Source: Methanobacteriota archaeon (lineage in GTDB: Archaea > Halobacteriota > Bog-38 > Methanoflorentales > Methanoflorentaceae). Taken from it: a stretch of DNA of 64,000 nt. Each line of letters begins with the position of its first letter. Positions within the stretch are counted from its first letter, which is position 1. The position numbers were made by a program, and so were the translations under genes. Positions 49,792-60,070 of the stretch are shown here, piece after piece. Under the pieces are notes generated by a model that saw only the letters and a program-made list of their open reading frames with translations, was not told the origin of the DNA and did not search any database. Location of the stretch: positions 1,952,001-2,016,000 of the forward strand of contig OY970393.1 in NCBI GenBank assembly GCA_963720465.1, read 5' to 3'.

Positions 49792-50259
49792 CTACCCGTA
49801 AAGCAAGAAGACGACGACTGCGGCACACGACAACAAAATGATTGATGTATTGGCTAAAGGGCTGTCGTACTTGCAGAGGTGCGCCGAAAAACGGTGACGG
49901 CTGAGCGGCCAGAGCAGCGGACAACCAGACACCGTCAGCGAATCGAGAAGGATATGGCTTGTAATGGCCGCTACGACGGCGGGTATGACGATTAGATCGA
50001 GTGGCGTGTATGGCGAGAACAAGACGTAGGAAAGACATGCGCACGCCGCTGCGGTGAAGATCGAGTGCGAAAATCCACTTCTGTGACCGATGAGTCGTAG
50101 CGGCAGACGCGCATCGAGGTCAGGAAGTGACGCTAGCAGCAGTGAAACTGTGGCAGAAAGCAGCAAGAACAATTTGTTTGTCGCGGTTGGGGAGAGCGCG
50201 ATCTCGCTAACGGCGACGCAGAAAACGAAAGCGAAAATCGAGTGTGTTAAAGCTTTCAC
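49792..50259 (-). CDS. YdjM-like membrane metal-dependent hydrolase
   Basis: TH, LPDLD, HR.GFSHS and SHILLD..T..G..LLWP motifs. Confidence 0.85.
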   Translation of the reverse strand: MKALTHSIFAFVFCVAVSEIALSPTATNKLFLLLSATVSLLLASLPDLDARLPLRLIGHRSGFSHSIFTAAACACLSYVLFSPYTPLDLIVIPAVVAAITSHILLDSLTVSGCPLLWPLSRHRFSAHLCKYDSPLANTSIILLSCAAVVVFLLYG

Positions 50260-50373
50260 GACACCACGGTGTTAGCAGCGCTTTCGTTAAGTAAATATAT
50301 GGTCGTGCGTGACTGTAGGTAGTAGCGTGCGCCGCTCGGATGAGCAGTTTGCGCTAGTATAGAAGGTAGCTAT

Positions 50374-50446
50374 AGCCCGGTAGTGTAGCGGTCAATCATG
50401 TGAGACTCTGGATCTCACGACCACGGTTCGAATCCGTGCCGGGCTA
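50374..50446 (+). tRNA. tRNA-Gln(CTG)
   Basis: AGCCCGG/CCGGGCT acceptor stem; TGAGA-CTCTGGA-TCTCA anticodon arm; GGTTCGAATCC T arm; no encoded CCA. Confidence 0.95.
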
Positions 50447-50453
50447 TCTGCGT

Positions 50454-51992
50454 TCAAGTGAGTGGTTCGAGTCGCAGCTTGCCGTGGGTACGCTCCCACT
50501 CCTCGAGAGGGATGCTGTACTTCTTTTCGATGGCATCTCGGTAGCAGGGGCCACTATTGTACGCGCAAAATGGGATGATTAGTCCGTCTGGGACTGCGTA
50601 GTGGATGGCGCAACGCTTGACCCGTTCCACGTCGTAGTTGTAGGCGTCCATGAAATGCATGCCGCCGATAAAAAGGGTATGCTTATGAAAGTCTCCGAGC
50701 GCAGTGTAGTCGTGATGCAGCAAAACCGTCTTAATCATCTCTTTAAACTGAATGGACTTCGGCTGATTCTCCTCGTTGACGAGCGAATTTAGTGCTAGCA
50801 GTCCTCGCATAAGCGCTGTTGGCTTGCGCAGCACACCGCCATTATTCAGGTTGTTTGCAAGCTTTTGGGTAAGCTCAAAGAATTTGTCAACGTCCACGAA
50901 TCTATTTATCGGGATGAGCTTCCCGTCCTCGACGAACAAGTAGGTGGCGATGCCACAGTGCGGATGGCAGCTAAACTCGATCTGCGGAGCTCCTGTGTAA
51001 GCCTCAATGAGCTTTGAGATCGAAACGACACACGGCACGGGATAAAAGTCGTCAGCCCTTACTTGTCCGCCCGTCTGCTGTTCTATGTTAAATGCGAGGT
51101 CAGGTAGGGTAAACCTCTGTGCGTTTCTTACGGCCGGCGCTAAATCGTTCGCAGCGCCGGTGAAAGCCATTGGTTGGAAGTTGACCCCTCTGATTACGTC
51201 CAGGTTTTGAGCTGCAAAAAGGATTATTTTGCCGACTTCGTGTTCATTCAGCCCACGACCGATCGTAGGAACCAGCACTACGCCTTGGCCAACATCTCTA
51301 CAGTTCTCGATGGCCTTCTTTTTTAGCTCGATGAACCTGTCGGTCTGCTTGGATACCCCGTTGAATTGAAGATATACTGTGTTCAGCCCGGTGCGTCTAA
51401 GCCTGCCTGCGAGGGTCACATCTTTTGCAAGCCTGATGCCATTAGTGGCAATTTGGGTCTGAATAAAACCCAGCTCAACCGCTTTACTAATGATCTCGGG
51501 GAGATCGTCCCTCAGCGTTGGTTCGCCGCCAGAAAACTGCACCGCAAGCGTCGGGACGGGTCGTTCTTCGCGCAGCGTCGTAAGCATATCCGTGAGTTGC
51601 TCGAAAGTAGGCTCATAGACATAACCCCGAGCGTGGGCATTCGCAAAACACCATTCGCAGTGCAAGTTGCACCGGTTGGTGACGTCCACGTTTGCCAGAC
51701 ACGTGGATGTCAGATGGACATCACAGAGGCCGCATTCGAGTGGACATGCGTCGTGAAGCGTCAGTTGTGGGTTCTGAACCCCTTTTCCTGCGTACGAAAA
51801 GCGCTCAGCCTTGTGGTACATCTCTGCGCTGGACCAGTACAACTCGTCGAACACGCCGTGCTCAGGACATCTCTTGACCATCCACACCTGGCCGTCCTTC
51901 TGGTAGATGGTAGCCTCGATGGGCTTCAAGCATTCGTGGCACAAGGAGGTCGTTCGCTTAGGTAATGTGACAGGCGCTTCATAAATTGACAT
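50454..51992 (-). CDS. tes: Tetraether lipid (GDGT) synthase, radical SAM
   Basis: N-terminal SLC.EC..C.EHG; CP.ECGLC..H; TNRCNLHCEWC; VNFQP; CHPHCG; RC.IHY..PFCAYN. Confidence 0.88.
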   Translation of the reverse strand: MSIYEAPVTLPKRTTSLCHECLKPIEATIYQKDGQVWMVKRCPEHGVFDELYWSSAEMYHKAERFSYAGKGVQNPQLTLHDACPLECGLCDVHLTSTCLANVDVTNRCNLHCEWCFANAHARGYVYEPTFEQLTDMLTTLREERPVPTLAVQFSGGEPTLRDDLPEIISKAVELGFIQTQIATNGIRLAKDVTLAGRLRRTGLNTVYLQFNGVSKQTDRFIELKKKAIENCRDVGQGVVLVPTIGRGLNEHEVGKIILFAAQNLDVIRGVNFQPMAFTGAANDLAPAVRNAQRFTLPDLAFNIEQQTGGQVRADDFYPVPCVVSISKLIEAYTGAPQIEFSCHPHCGIATYLFVEDGKLIPINRFVDVDKFFELTQKLANNLNNGGVLRKPTALMRGLLALNSLVNEENQPKSIQFKEMIKTVLLHHDYTALGDFHKHTLFIGGMHFMDAYNYDVERVKRCAIHYAVPDGLIIPFCAYNSGPCYRDAIEKKYSIPLEEWERTHGKLRLEPLT

Positions 51993-52158
51993 GTAGTTCT
52001 CCGGCGTTTCCTAATAGAGTTTTTATGTTGTTACTATTATTATTTTGTGCTTTGAAGTGCGGGTGCAGAGCGGCAGTTATGTCGTGCTCTGGGCGATTAC
52101 GGACCAATTCGACCGCCGGAGACAGATTTAATATGCATGATGCGCCTTTCGCAATGCA

Positions 52159-52692
52159 ATGCTTGCGCTCATTATTGATGCCCTATGGCTGATGCTCCCC
52201 GCATACGTGCCTAATTCGAGTGCCGTCCTGTTTGCGGGAAAAACTCCTATAGATCTCGGTCGGAACTTTGTCGACGGAAAAAGGGTTTTTGGGCCGGGCA
52301 AAACGTTTAGAGGGTTAATCGGCGGGACGCTGTCAGGAATCGCAGTGGGCCTACTGCTACAACTCATCAAGAACAGCACACACATTGGCGTGCCCTCATT
52401 TGAGCCTCTTTCTGTGATAGCCACGTTATCATTGGGGGCGATGCTCGGAGACCTCACAAAGAGTTTCTTTAAAAGGAGGCTGGGGATGGATCGGGGGGAC
52501 CCGCTTCCTATTGTCGATCAGCTCGACTTTGTCATCGGCGCGTGGGTGCTCACCTATGTTTTTTTTAGCGGCTGGTTTACCCTCAACTTTACGCTCCCTG
52601 TAATCGTCGTCGTCCTGATCTTAACTCCGCTCTTGCACCTCGCCGTCAACGTCATCGGGTTCAAGCTTGGCAAGAAAAAGGAGCCGTGGTAA
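52159..52692 (+). CDS. carS: CDP-archaeol synthase
   Basis: LPAY.PN, PID.G....DG.R.FG.GKT.RG, GD...SF.KRR.G, DQLDF and C-terminal KKEPW. Confidence 0.93.
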   Translation: MLALIIDALWLMLPAYVPNSSAVLFAGKTPIDLGRNFVDGKRVFGPGKTFRGLIGGTLSGIAVGLLLQLIKNSTHIGVPSFEPLSVIATLSLGAMLGDLTKSFFKRRLGMDRGDPLPIVDQLDFVIGAWVLTYVFFSGWFTLNFTLPVIVVVLILTPLLHLAVNVIGFKLGKKKEPW

Positions 52693-53595
52693 CTAACAGA
52701 GCAGCTTTAACAGCAAGGCCTTGTGGGCGTGCAATCGGTTTTCCGCTTGGTCAAAAACGGCTGAATGTGGTCCGTCCATGACTTCGTCAGTGATCTCCTG
52801 CCCCCGGTGGGCGGGAAGACAGTGGAGAACGATCGCGTCGCTCTTTGCTACATCAAGCACCTTGCGGTCAATGCGGTACTCAGAGAACGCGCGCGCGCGC
52901 AGTGCAGAGGCGGCTTCATCTCCCATAGAAACCCAGGCGTCCGTATATAAAATATCTGCAGCGGAGGCTGCTTCCAGCGGATCGCGAAGGATTCTCACGG
53001 CGGACAGCTGCTGACCTCTGCGCAGAATCTCGTCGTTCGGTTCATAACCGGAGGGGCACGCGACGTCAACGCTCATACCCATCAGCGCGCACGACAGTAT
53101 TGCTGAATTGCAGACATTATTTCCGTCTCCAATCCACGCGAGTTTCATACCGCTGAGCGCCCCCTTCTTCTCATAAATCGTCATCAAGTCTGCTAGTAGC
53201 TGACACGGGTGCTCGATATCAGAAAGGGCGTTAATCACGGGGACTGAGGCGTTTTTAGCCATGTCAATGATCGTTGAATGGCTGTTCGCCCGCATGATGA
53301 TGCAGCTCAGATACCGTGAGAGTACGCGCGCCGTATCTGCAGTCGTCTCCCCTCGTCCCAACTGAAGGTCATTCCAGTTCAAGTAGATGGGGTATCCGCC
53401 CAACTCGACCACCGCAACTTCAAACGCCGTTCGCGTTCGAGTTGAGGGTTTTTCAAATATCATCCCAAGGGTTTTGTGCTCTAAACCGTTCGGGAATATT
53501 CCTTTTGATCGTTCTTCTTTGAGGCGGATGGCAAGCTGGATGATCTCGAAGATTTCACCTTTCGTTAAATCGCCAATAGAAATAAGATTCTTCAT
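52693..53595 (-). CDS. argF: Ornithine carbamoyltransferase
   Basis: FEKPSTRT, HPCQ.LAD, GDGNNV, WVSMG, HCLP and AENR motifs. Confidence 0.95.
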   Translation of the reverse strand: MKNLISIGDLTKGEIFEIIQLAIRLKEERSKGIFPNGLEHKTLGMIFEKPSTRTRTAFEVAVVELGGYPIYLNWNDLQLGRGETTADTARVLSRYLSCIIMRANSHSTIIDMAKNASVPVINALSDIEHPCQLLADLMTIYEKKGALSGMKLAWIGDGNNVCNSAILSCALMGMSVDVACPSGYEPNDEILRRGQQLSAVRILRDPLEAASAADILYTDAWVSMGDEAASALRARAFSEYRIDRKVLDVAKSDAIVLHCLPAHRGQEITDEVMDGPHSAVFDQAENRLHAHKALLLKLLC

Positions 53596-53625
53596 TGTGA
53601 ATCCTCTAAGGGGCACAATTCTTAG

Positions 53626-54906
53626 CTAAGCATCCCTGATGCGCTTCATGTGCTCAATGCGACTCTGTACTAGCTCTTTTTTCCCGATGTCGTGCCGCGC
53701 AAATACGTCACCCTTTATAAACTGAAGCGCTCGCTCTGCTTGTTGTTCCGCATTTTCTATAGTCTCTGCCACGCCGAGGACTGCCAAAGCTCGAGACGTA
53801 GTGGTGGTGATCGTGCCGTTGCGGTCATCGACGCTTGCATAAAACAGCGCGGCATCGATGTGATCCTTATCGATCGTGATCTCGGTTGGCTTGGGGTTCG
53901 TTGGATAGCCGGCCGGCACAACGTATTTGCAGACCGTTGCACGAAGGTCGTAATCAGTCTGCTTCAACGTGCCATCGACAGCCGATTCTGCGAGCTCAAT
54001 GAAGTCGGATCTGAGCAGAGGAAGAATGTTCATCGCTTCTGGATCCCCGAATCGACAGTTGAACTCGACAACCATGGGTCCCGTTCGTGTAAGCATGAAT
54101 TGGCCGTACAAGATACCCTTAAACGTAATACCCTCACTTTTCAGAGCGTTTACCGTGTCTTGCATTATGGTTACAGCAGCGCGGTAGTCTTCTTCGGTCA
54201 TGAAAGGTAGCACGTAGGACTTGTCTGTATAAGAACCCATCCCTCCCGTGTTCGGTCCAAGGTCGCCTTCAAAGGCGCGCTTGTGATCTTGAACTGCTGG
54301 CGCGGGTGCCAACACCTTCCCGTCAACGAATGCTTGCACCGTGAATTCTTCCCCAGAAAGGCACTCTTCAATGACTACAGGCCCTCGAAGCTTCTTCAGG
54401 TACTCTTTGCCCTCGGAATAGCTATTGATGACTACAACACCCTTTCCGCCAGTCAACCCAACTGGCTTGATAACTAACTCTTCTTCATCGATGTTGTCTC
54501 TGATGAAGCGATCTGCATCACTTAAATCGTCGAACAGCGCGTATTTAGGACATCCTCTGATGCCTTTTTCAGACATGAACGAGCGGGCCCATCCTTTATC
54601 TGATTCGATTAAAGCTGCGTTCCGCGTAGGTCCAAAAGCGCGCACACCGCGTTCGTCGAGCACATCTACGATCCCCTCTGCCAGCGGTGCCTCAGGCCCG
54701 ATCACTACTAGGTCGGCGCGGCGGGCGTAATCTGCCACTTTCTCTAAGTCAGTTTCGTCGACGAGGAGGTAATCCTTGCACAATTGGGCGATACCTGGGT
54801 TTTTGTATTTCATTGCGGCGTAGAGCGTCGGCTCTTCAACGCTCTGAGCAATCGCCATCGCCATGGCGTGTTCACGACCGCCTGAACCTACTAACAGGAC
54901 CTTCAT
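53626..54906 (-). CDS. purD: Phosphoribosylamine-glycine ligase
   Basis: GSGGREHA, GPEAPL, GKGV, QDHKR, GPNTGGMG and EFN.RFGDPE motifs. Confidence 0.96.
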   Translation of the reverse strand: MKVLLVGSGGREHAMAMAIAQSVEEPTLYAAMKYKNPGIAQLCKDYLLVDETDLEKVADYARRADLVVIGPEAPLAEGIVDVLDERGVRAFGPTRNAALIESDKGWARSFMSEKGIRGCPKYALFDDLSDADRFIRDNIDEEELVIKPVGLTGGKGVVVINSYSEGKEYLKKLRGPVVIEECLSGEEFTVQAFVDGKVLAPAPAVQDHKRAFEGDLGPNTGGMGSYTDKSYVLPFMTEEDYRAAVTIMQDTVNALKSEGITFKGILYGQFMLTRTGPMVVEFNCRFGDPEAMNILPLLRSDFIELAESAVDGTLKQTDYDLRATVCKYVVPAGYPTNPKPTEITIDKDHIDAALFYASVDDRNGTITTTTSRALAVLGVAETIENAEQQAERALQFIKGDVFARHDIGKKELVQSRIEHMKRIRDA

Positions 54907-54994
54907 GGTGTGGTGGGTAAGTCATTTTGCGATAAAAAGCTATCCGGGGAGCCGGCAAATATGAGACAAATAAGATGAATGACGAGTAGTTTGG

Positions 54995-55082
54995 AGTTTA
55001 ACTTTCAATATTAATATTATTAGTTAATATAAAGTATACAACTGTTGACAAAATAACATAAAGTATTTAACTATTTACAATG
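54995..55082. promoter_or_regulatory. Very AT-rich segment with palindromes between divergent purD and glmS
   Basis: Perfect AATATTAATATT at 55007-55018; ATAAAGTAT twice. Confidence 0.4.
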
Positions 55083-55245
55083 GTCAGTTCTTGTGCAGAA
55101 GATATAAATGCGCGGCGCTGTTCGCCAGCAACAGCTATATGAGCTGCTAATCCACACTAAACGGCAAAGCAAAAATCGGAACTTTTATAGATCATCACGG
55201 CCGCCTATGTGTTGGGCCTCGAAACAATTCTAACGAGACGGTTGA

Positions 55246-57072
55246 ATGTGCGGCATAGTAGGATGTATCGGCAACCGAAGCGTTACGCCAATCATAGTTG
55301 AGTCATTGAAACGGCTCGAGTACCGAGGTTATGACTCAGCAGGCATTGCCACGCTGAACGGCGCGGAAATTGATATAACGAAAACAGAAGGAAAGATCGC
55401 TGATCTTGAAAATATTTTAAGTTTGACCAACAATGCCTGCGTTGGAATCGGTCACACCCGTTGGGCTACACACGGGATTCCATCCTCCACCAACGCGCAC
55501 CCACACGCCGACTGCAGTGGCAGTTTCGCCGTGGTTCACAACGGCATCATCGAGAACTTTCAAGCTCTGAAAGATGAGCTTACGAGCAAAGGCCACATTT
55601 TCAGCTCTGAGACGGATACTGAAGTGCTAGCACACCTCTGTGAAGACTGCTACAATGGTGACCTTGAACGCGCCGTGCGGGAGGCGCTGCTGCGCGTCGA
55701 AGGCTCATATGCCATTGCGGTCATATCAGACAATGAACCAGACGTTATTGTTGCCGCGAGAAAGGACAGCCCGTTGATCGTGGGATTGGGAGATGGAGAG
55801 AACTTCCTGGCGAGTGATATTCCAGCAATCAGGAAATACACGAATAAGATCATATATATTAACGATGGTGAAATCGTCCGTCTCACCAGAGACAACGTGA
55901 CCGTATCAACATTACAAGGCGTGAATGTTGAGAAGCCCGTGACAATCGTCGAGGGAAGCATCCAAGACGCGGAGCGGGGGGGTTACGAGCACTTTATGCT
56001 CAAGGAGATCCACGAGCAACCCAAGGCATTGCGGGACACCATGGAAGATCGCTTGTGCGAGCTGGAAGGTAGCATCGATTTCAAGGAACTTCGCCCGTTT
56101 GAGGACGAGATTAAAAATATTGAAGGCATTACAATCATCGCCTGTGGGACGTCGTACCACGCCGGGATCCTCGGAAAGTACGCCCTCGAGGATTTGCTGC
56201 GAATCCCGGTCAAGGTGGAGTACAGCTCTGAGTTTCGCTATAATAATTTCCTTTCGGGCAACAGATCCCTGGCAATCTGCATCAGTCAGTCAGGTGAGAC
56301 TGCAGACACGCTCGCCGCGATGAACGAGGCAAAGTCGCAAGGCTACCTAACGCTCGCGATAACAAACGTGGTCGGAAGCACGATTACGCGAAAAGCCGAC
56401 GAAATTCTGCTAACGAAATCAGGAATAGAAATTGGGGTCGCGGCCACAAAAACCTTCACGGCGCAGATACTTACACTTTACATGTTCGGCCTCTACGTGG
56501 CGCGATTGAAGAAGCTCATCGACGTTGAGACGTCACGCCATATCATAACCTCGATGAAGTCCGTGCCGGGCCTGATAGAGTCACTTCTCGACAATATTAG
56601 CAACATCGAAAAAACTTCCTCTCGAATTTGCGAAGCGGATTGCTGCTATTTCATCGGGCGTGGGTTTAGCTATCCCATCGCGCTTGAAGGCGCACTTAAG
56701 ATGAAAGAGATCTCTTACATCAAAGCAGAGGGATTTCCGGCAGGAGAGCTAAAACACGGCCCACTTGCTCTTATCACCGCGGGCACCCCCGTTGTCGCCA
56801 TAGTGCCGAAAGGTAAGACATATTACAAAACGCTCGGCAATATAAAAGAGGTAAAGGCACGAAACGCCTTCGTCATTGCGATCGCGAACGCATCTGACGA
56901 CGAGATCGTCAAATATGTGGACTCTGTGATCAAGATACCGGATGTCGATGAATTGTTCTCGCCGATGCTCGCTGCAGTCGTGCTCCAGTTACTCGCGTAC
57001 TATACAGCCAAGGACATAGGCGCCGAGATCGATCAACCGCGCAATCTCGCCAAGAGCGTTACGGTTGAATAG
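55246..57072 (+). CDS. glmS: Glutamine-fructose-6-phosphate aminotransferase
   Basis: MCGI, LEYRGYDSAG, GHTRWATHG, SQSGET, ELKHG and PRNLAKSVTVE motifs. Confidence 0.97.
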   Translation: MCGIVGCIGNRSVTPIIVESLKRLEYRGYDSAGIATLNGAEIDITKTEGKIADLENILSLTNNACVGIGHTRWATHGIPSSTNAHPHADCSGSFAVVHNGIIENFQALKDELTSKGHIFSSETDTEVLAHLCEDCYNGDLERAVREALLRVEGSYAIAVISDNEPDVIVAARKDSPLIVGLGDGENFLASDIPAIRKYTNKIIYINDGEIVRLTRDNVTVSTLQGVNVEKPVTIVEGSIQDAERGGYEHFMLKEIHEQPKALRDTMEDRLCELEGSIDFKELRPFEDEIKNIEGITIIACGTSYHAGILGKYALEDLLRIPVKVEYSSEFRYNNFLSGNRSLAICISQSGETADTLAAMNEAKSQGYLTLAITNVVGSTITRKADEILLTKSGIEIGVAATKTFTAQILTLYMFGLYVARLKKLIDVETSRHIITSMKSVPGLIESLLDNISNIEKTSSRICEADCCYFIGRGFSYPIALEGALKMKEISYIKAEGFPAGELKHGPLALITAGTPVVAIVPKGKTYYKTLGNIKEVKARNAFVIAIANASDDEIVKYVDSVIKIPDVDELFSPMLAAVVLQLLAYYTAKDIGAEIDQPRNLAKSVTVE

Positions 57073-57184
57073 CTGCTAACGCATCGAGTTTTGTAAGCAG
57101 GTCTGGCCACACTGGGCCTTCGATTGGTCGGTGTTACGGCCACATTAACGTAATTTCACACACGGAGGACGACCGTTTGTAGTT

Positions 57185-58339
57185 ATGCGAAAGACCACCC
57201 CGCCTGAACGGGCCATATACCCTCCCGCCATTGGCATCAGACTTGTGATCCACGGACCTGAACTCATAGACTCCGGAAGAATCGCTGATATCGTAGAAGC
57301 TTTGCGCCCACTTGGACCACTGTACGTGCTAGCTGGAGGTACAATGGCCCGCGTCGCAGCCTTAGATAAGCATCTGACGTTCATTGATACCTCCCAAAAG
57401 ATACACACAAGCGATGCGCTAAACCACGCTTCAGACAAAGAGGTAGCCGTTCTTGCCAATTATGGCAAAACTTCTGAAACAGGACGCGTCTTCGGCCAGA
57501 TAGTATCATCGCGCGTGCGACGTTCTGTTATCCACGTGGAGCGACCGGGCTCAGTCGACGGAAGTGTTATCCTTTGGCGGGGCGCTGACGGGGACACGTC
57601 CCGCAACGTTCAGTACGTCGCTAGTCATTTGTCGGATCGTCTATCGCTTAAGCTCATCAAAAAGCAAAAAAGAGAGTTGTGCGTGGAGCAGACCGGCGAA
57701 GTTGTTACGCGACATATCTACGGCGCCAGGCCAGGGGAACCGTTGTTGGTTCAGGGAATGGTCGTCGGGACAGTGGTTGATAGCGACGTCGCGCTCATCG
57801 TACAACGAGGCAGAATTGTCGACATTGCAGGCGTTGCTACGAAAGCGCACGGGCTTGAGAAAACTGGCAATATTGACTTGGGCACAGCCTATGTTAAGAC
57901 CGGACACCTCAGAGCGAGCAATGAAGCGTGCGTTCAACGCTCGATGCTGCCTGCGCGCCCGTTACAACGCGGTTCAGTCGCATTTGTCAACCACAGCGCA
58001 GACGAAACCTTGGAATCTGTCAATGAAACAACGATCTGTGCTGTTACTGTCGGAGACGATACCACATCAATCTGCGGCGACATCTTATCACGGGCTGGCA
58101 TTCCGATCGTCGGTATCACTGATGGCGACGGAGATGGACTCTATACGGGCGCGTGCGAGGTTGAGGGTTCGCTTGTTCTGCGTCTTGGCAACGCAAGCGA
58201 CGACGATATAGGCTTCTTGCTTGAACGAAGCGGGGAGCTTGATGGCGGAGCCTACACTTTGGCCAACGTTATCGAAATCGTCACGAATTTTTTGCGCGAG
58301 ATGGGAGTTGTTTGGCAGTATAATTCGCGCGAAAAATGA
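57185..58339 (+). CDS. DUF2117-family methanogen protein
   Basis: VIHGPE.IDSG, GGTM.RVA..D, N.GK and TVGDDTT...DIL.R.G.PI.GITDGD.D motifs. Confidence 0.78.
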   Translation: MRKTTPPERAIYPPAIGIRLVIHGPELIDSGRIADIVEALRPLGPLYVLAGGTMARVAALDKHLTFIDTSQKIHTSDALNHASDKEVAVLANYGKTSETGRVFGQIVSSRVRRSVIHVERPGSVDGSVILWRGADGDTSRNVQYVASHLSDRLSLKLIKKQKRELCVEQTGEVVTRHIYGARPGEPLLVQGMVVGTVVDSDVALIVQRGRIVDIAGVATKAHGLEKTGNIDLGTAYVKTGHLRASNEACVQRSMLPARPLQRGSVAFVNHSADETLESVNETTICAVTVGDDTTSICGDILSRAGIPIVGITDGDGDGLYTGACEVEGSLVLRLGNASDDDIGFLLERSGELDGGAYTLANVIEIVTNFLREMGVVWQYNSREK

Positions 58340-58844
58340 CTCGGCTTGAAGATGAATAGTCTGTACAGGGCGCGCATTGCGTCCGAACCTCGTATTAATT
58401 TTCAAAGATGACCTAATCGTGCAAAAGGGAATCGAAAGGCGGCGACCAGCGTGCGGTTGACGTGATGAGCACCGTGTTAAGAGCTGATGCTCTGTTACGC
58501 GTCGCGCGTCCAGAGACGAATTCTGCCTGCAACTTCGCACCAAATTTCACGAGACATCATAAGCTTGACGTACGAAAGCGTTCGTCAAATATGAAACGTC
58601 GTGGTAGCGATGATCGAAGCGAATCCTGCGACAAGCTGAATGGGTCGAAAAATGCCTCAAATAATTGACACCGGCTTTGTTCATCCACATACGTCCGTAA
58701 ATTAGAAACATCCATATAGGGCGTAGCGGTAGTTGCCTGCCATGCTCGCTGCACAAACGGCCCTAAAACGGTCTAGATTTTATACTATTAGGGTTAATAA
58801 AATTCATCTTATCTCTCTAAATGCACCAAAAGGAGGTTACTAGT

Positions 58845-60069
58845 TTGGCCAATATAGTTGAAATGGCGCCGGTTACTCGTGTCGAAGGGCACTCCAAGTT
58901 AGTTCTAGAGACAAACGATGACGGCATAGTGGAAAAAGGAAACTACTTCAGCATTACGCCGATCAGAAACTTTGAAAAGTTCCTTATCGGAAAGCCGATG
59001 GAGTTTGCCCCACTCGCAACATCACGGATATGTGGCATCTGCCCCATCACTCACTCGTGTGCTTCGGTAGAAGCCGTCGAGGACTCAATCGGCGTTCAGC
59101 CGCCGAAGGACGGCATGTTACTGCGAGAGCTCGCTGCGATTGCTAACAAAATGCACAGCCACCCGCTTCATAACATTTTGATTCTCCCGGACTTTGGGAT
59201 CGGAGTCGGCTTTGACAAAAACGTCTACGCAGACGTCATGAAGCGCTGTCAGGGAATGAGAAAAGTCGCCCAGAACATCATTGATATGGTCGGCGGAGAG
59301 GGCCTACACGCTCCAGACATCGTTATAGGCGGGATGCAACATAACATCAGCGATCTTGCAAGAGCGAAATTGCAGAGTACTCTACGAACCTACGAAGGAC
59401 TTGCAAACGAACAGATCGACTTCATGATGGGGCTAATCAAGGACTCTGACTATCCGTCCGACATGGGGCTGCACGACTACGACGTGTTTGCTTCGGACTT
59501 GACCTATGGCGACAGAACGGCCTTCCCGTGGGACACGTTTAACGAAGAACAGCCGAACAACTGGTACAGCTCGCTTGAAGTTGGGCAAGAGGCAAACAAT
59601 ACCATATGCCTTATCGGTGGCGAACCGGTTGAAGTCGGCCCGCGCGCACGTGCCGCGACGTTCAAGGGATTCACTGAGAGAGGCGCACTGGCCATCCAAA
59701 AGGCTCGGCTTCGTGAACAAGGTACGCTTGTTCATCGGGCAGAGAATATCCTGGACGAGCTCAATACAAGCGGGCTAACAAAGGAACCGTGTGCCGGTCG
59801 CGGCGACAACGAGCTTGGAGTCGGAATCAACGAAGCAGCTCGTGGCGCGAACGTTCACATGGCGCGGGTCAAGGAGGGCAGGATTCGGGTACTACAACTG
59901 CCTGGTTCCGACGACATGGAATTACCCAACAATCAGTAAAGCGTTAGAAGGAGACCACTACAAGTTCGCGGAAGTCATAGTACGGATGTATGATCCGTGC
60001 AACTCATGCGCAACGCATATGATCGTGTTGGATCCTGAAAAAAACATCATTCGGAACAAGATGATCTAA
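58845..60069 (+). CDS. frhA: F420-reducing [NiFe]-hydrogenase large subunit, split by a +1 frameshift near 59887-59889
   Basis: TRVEGH, RICGICP..H, EAARG; second frame carries LVPTTWN and [10 protein letters not shown] + cleavable tail; TTG start behind AGGAGG. Confidence 0.92.
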
Positions 60070-60070
60070 A

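Noticed and set aside
55083-55245. glmS ribozyme in the glmS leader
   Set aside because: The AGCGCC...GACGAGG core is not present
58777-58803. ATTTTAT-N13-ATAAAAT inverted repeat upstream of frhA as a NikR operator
   Set aside because: Low-complexity AT sequence overlapping the likely TATA box; does not match a consensus I can vouch for
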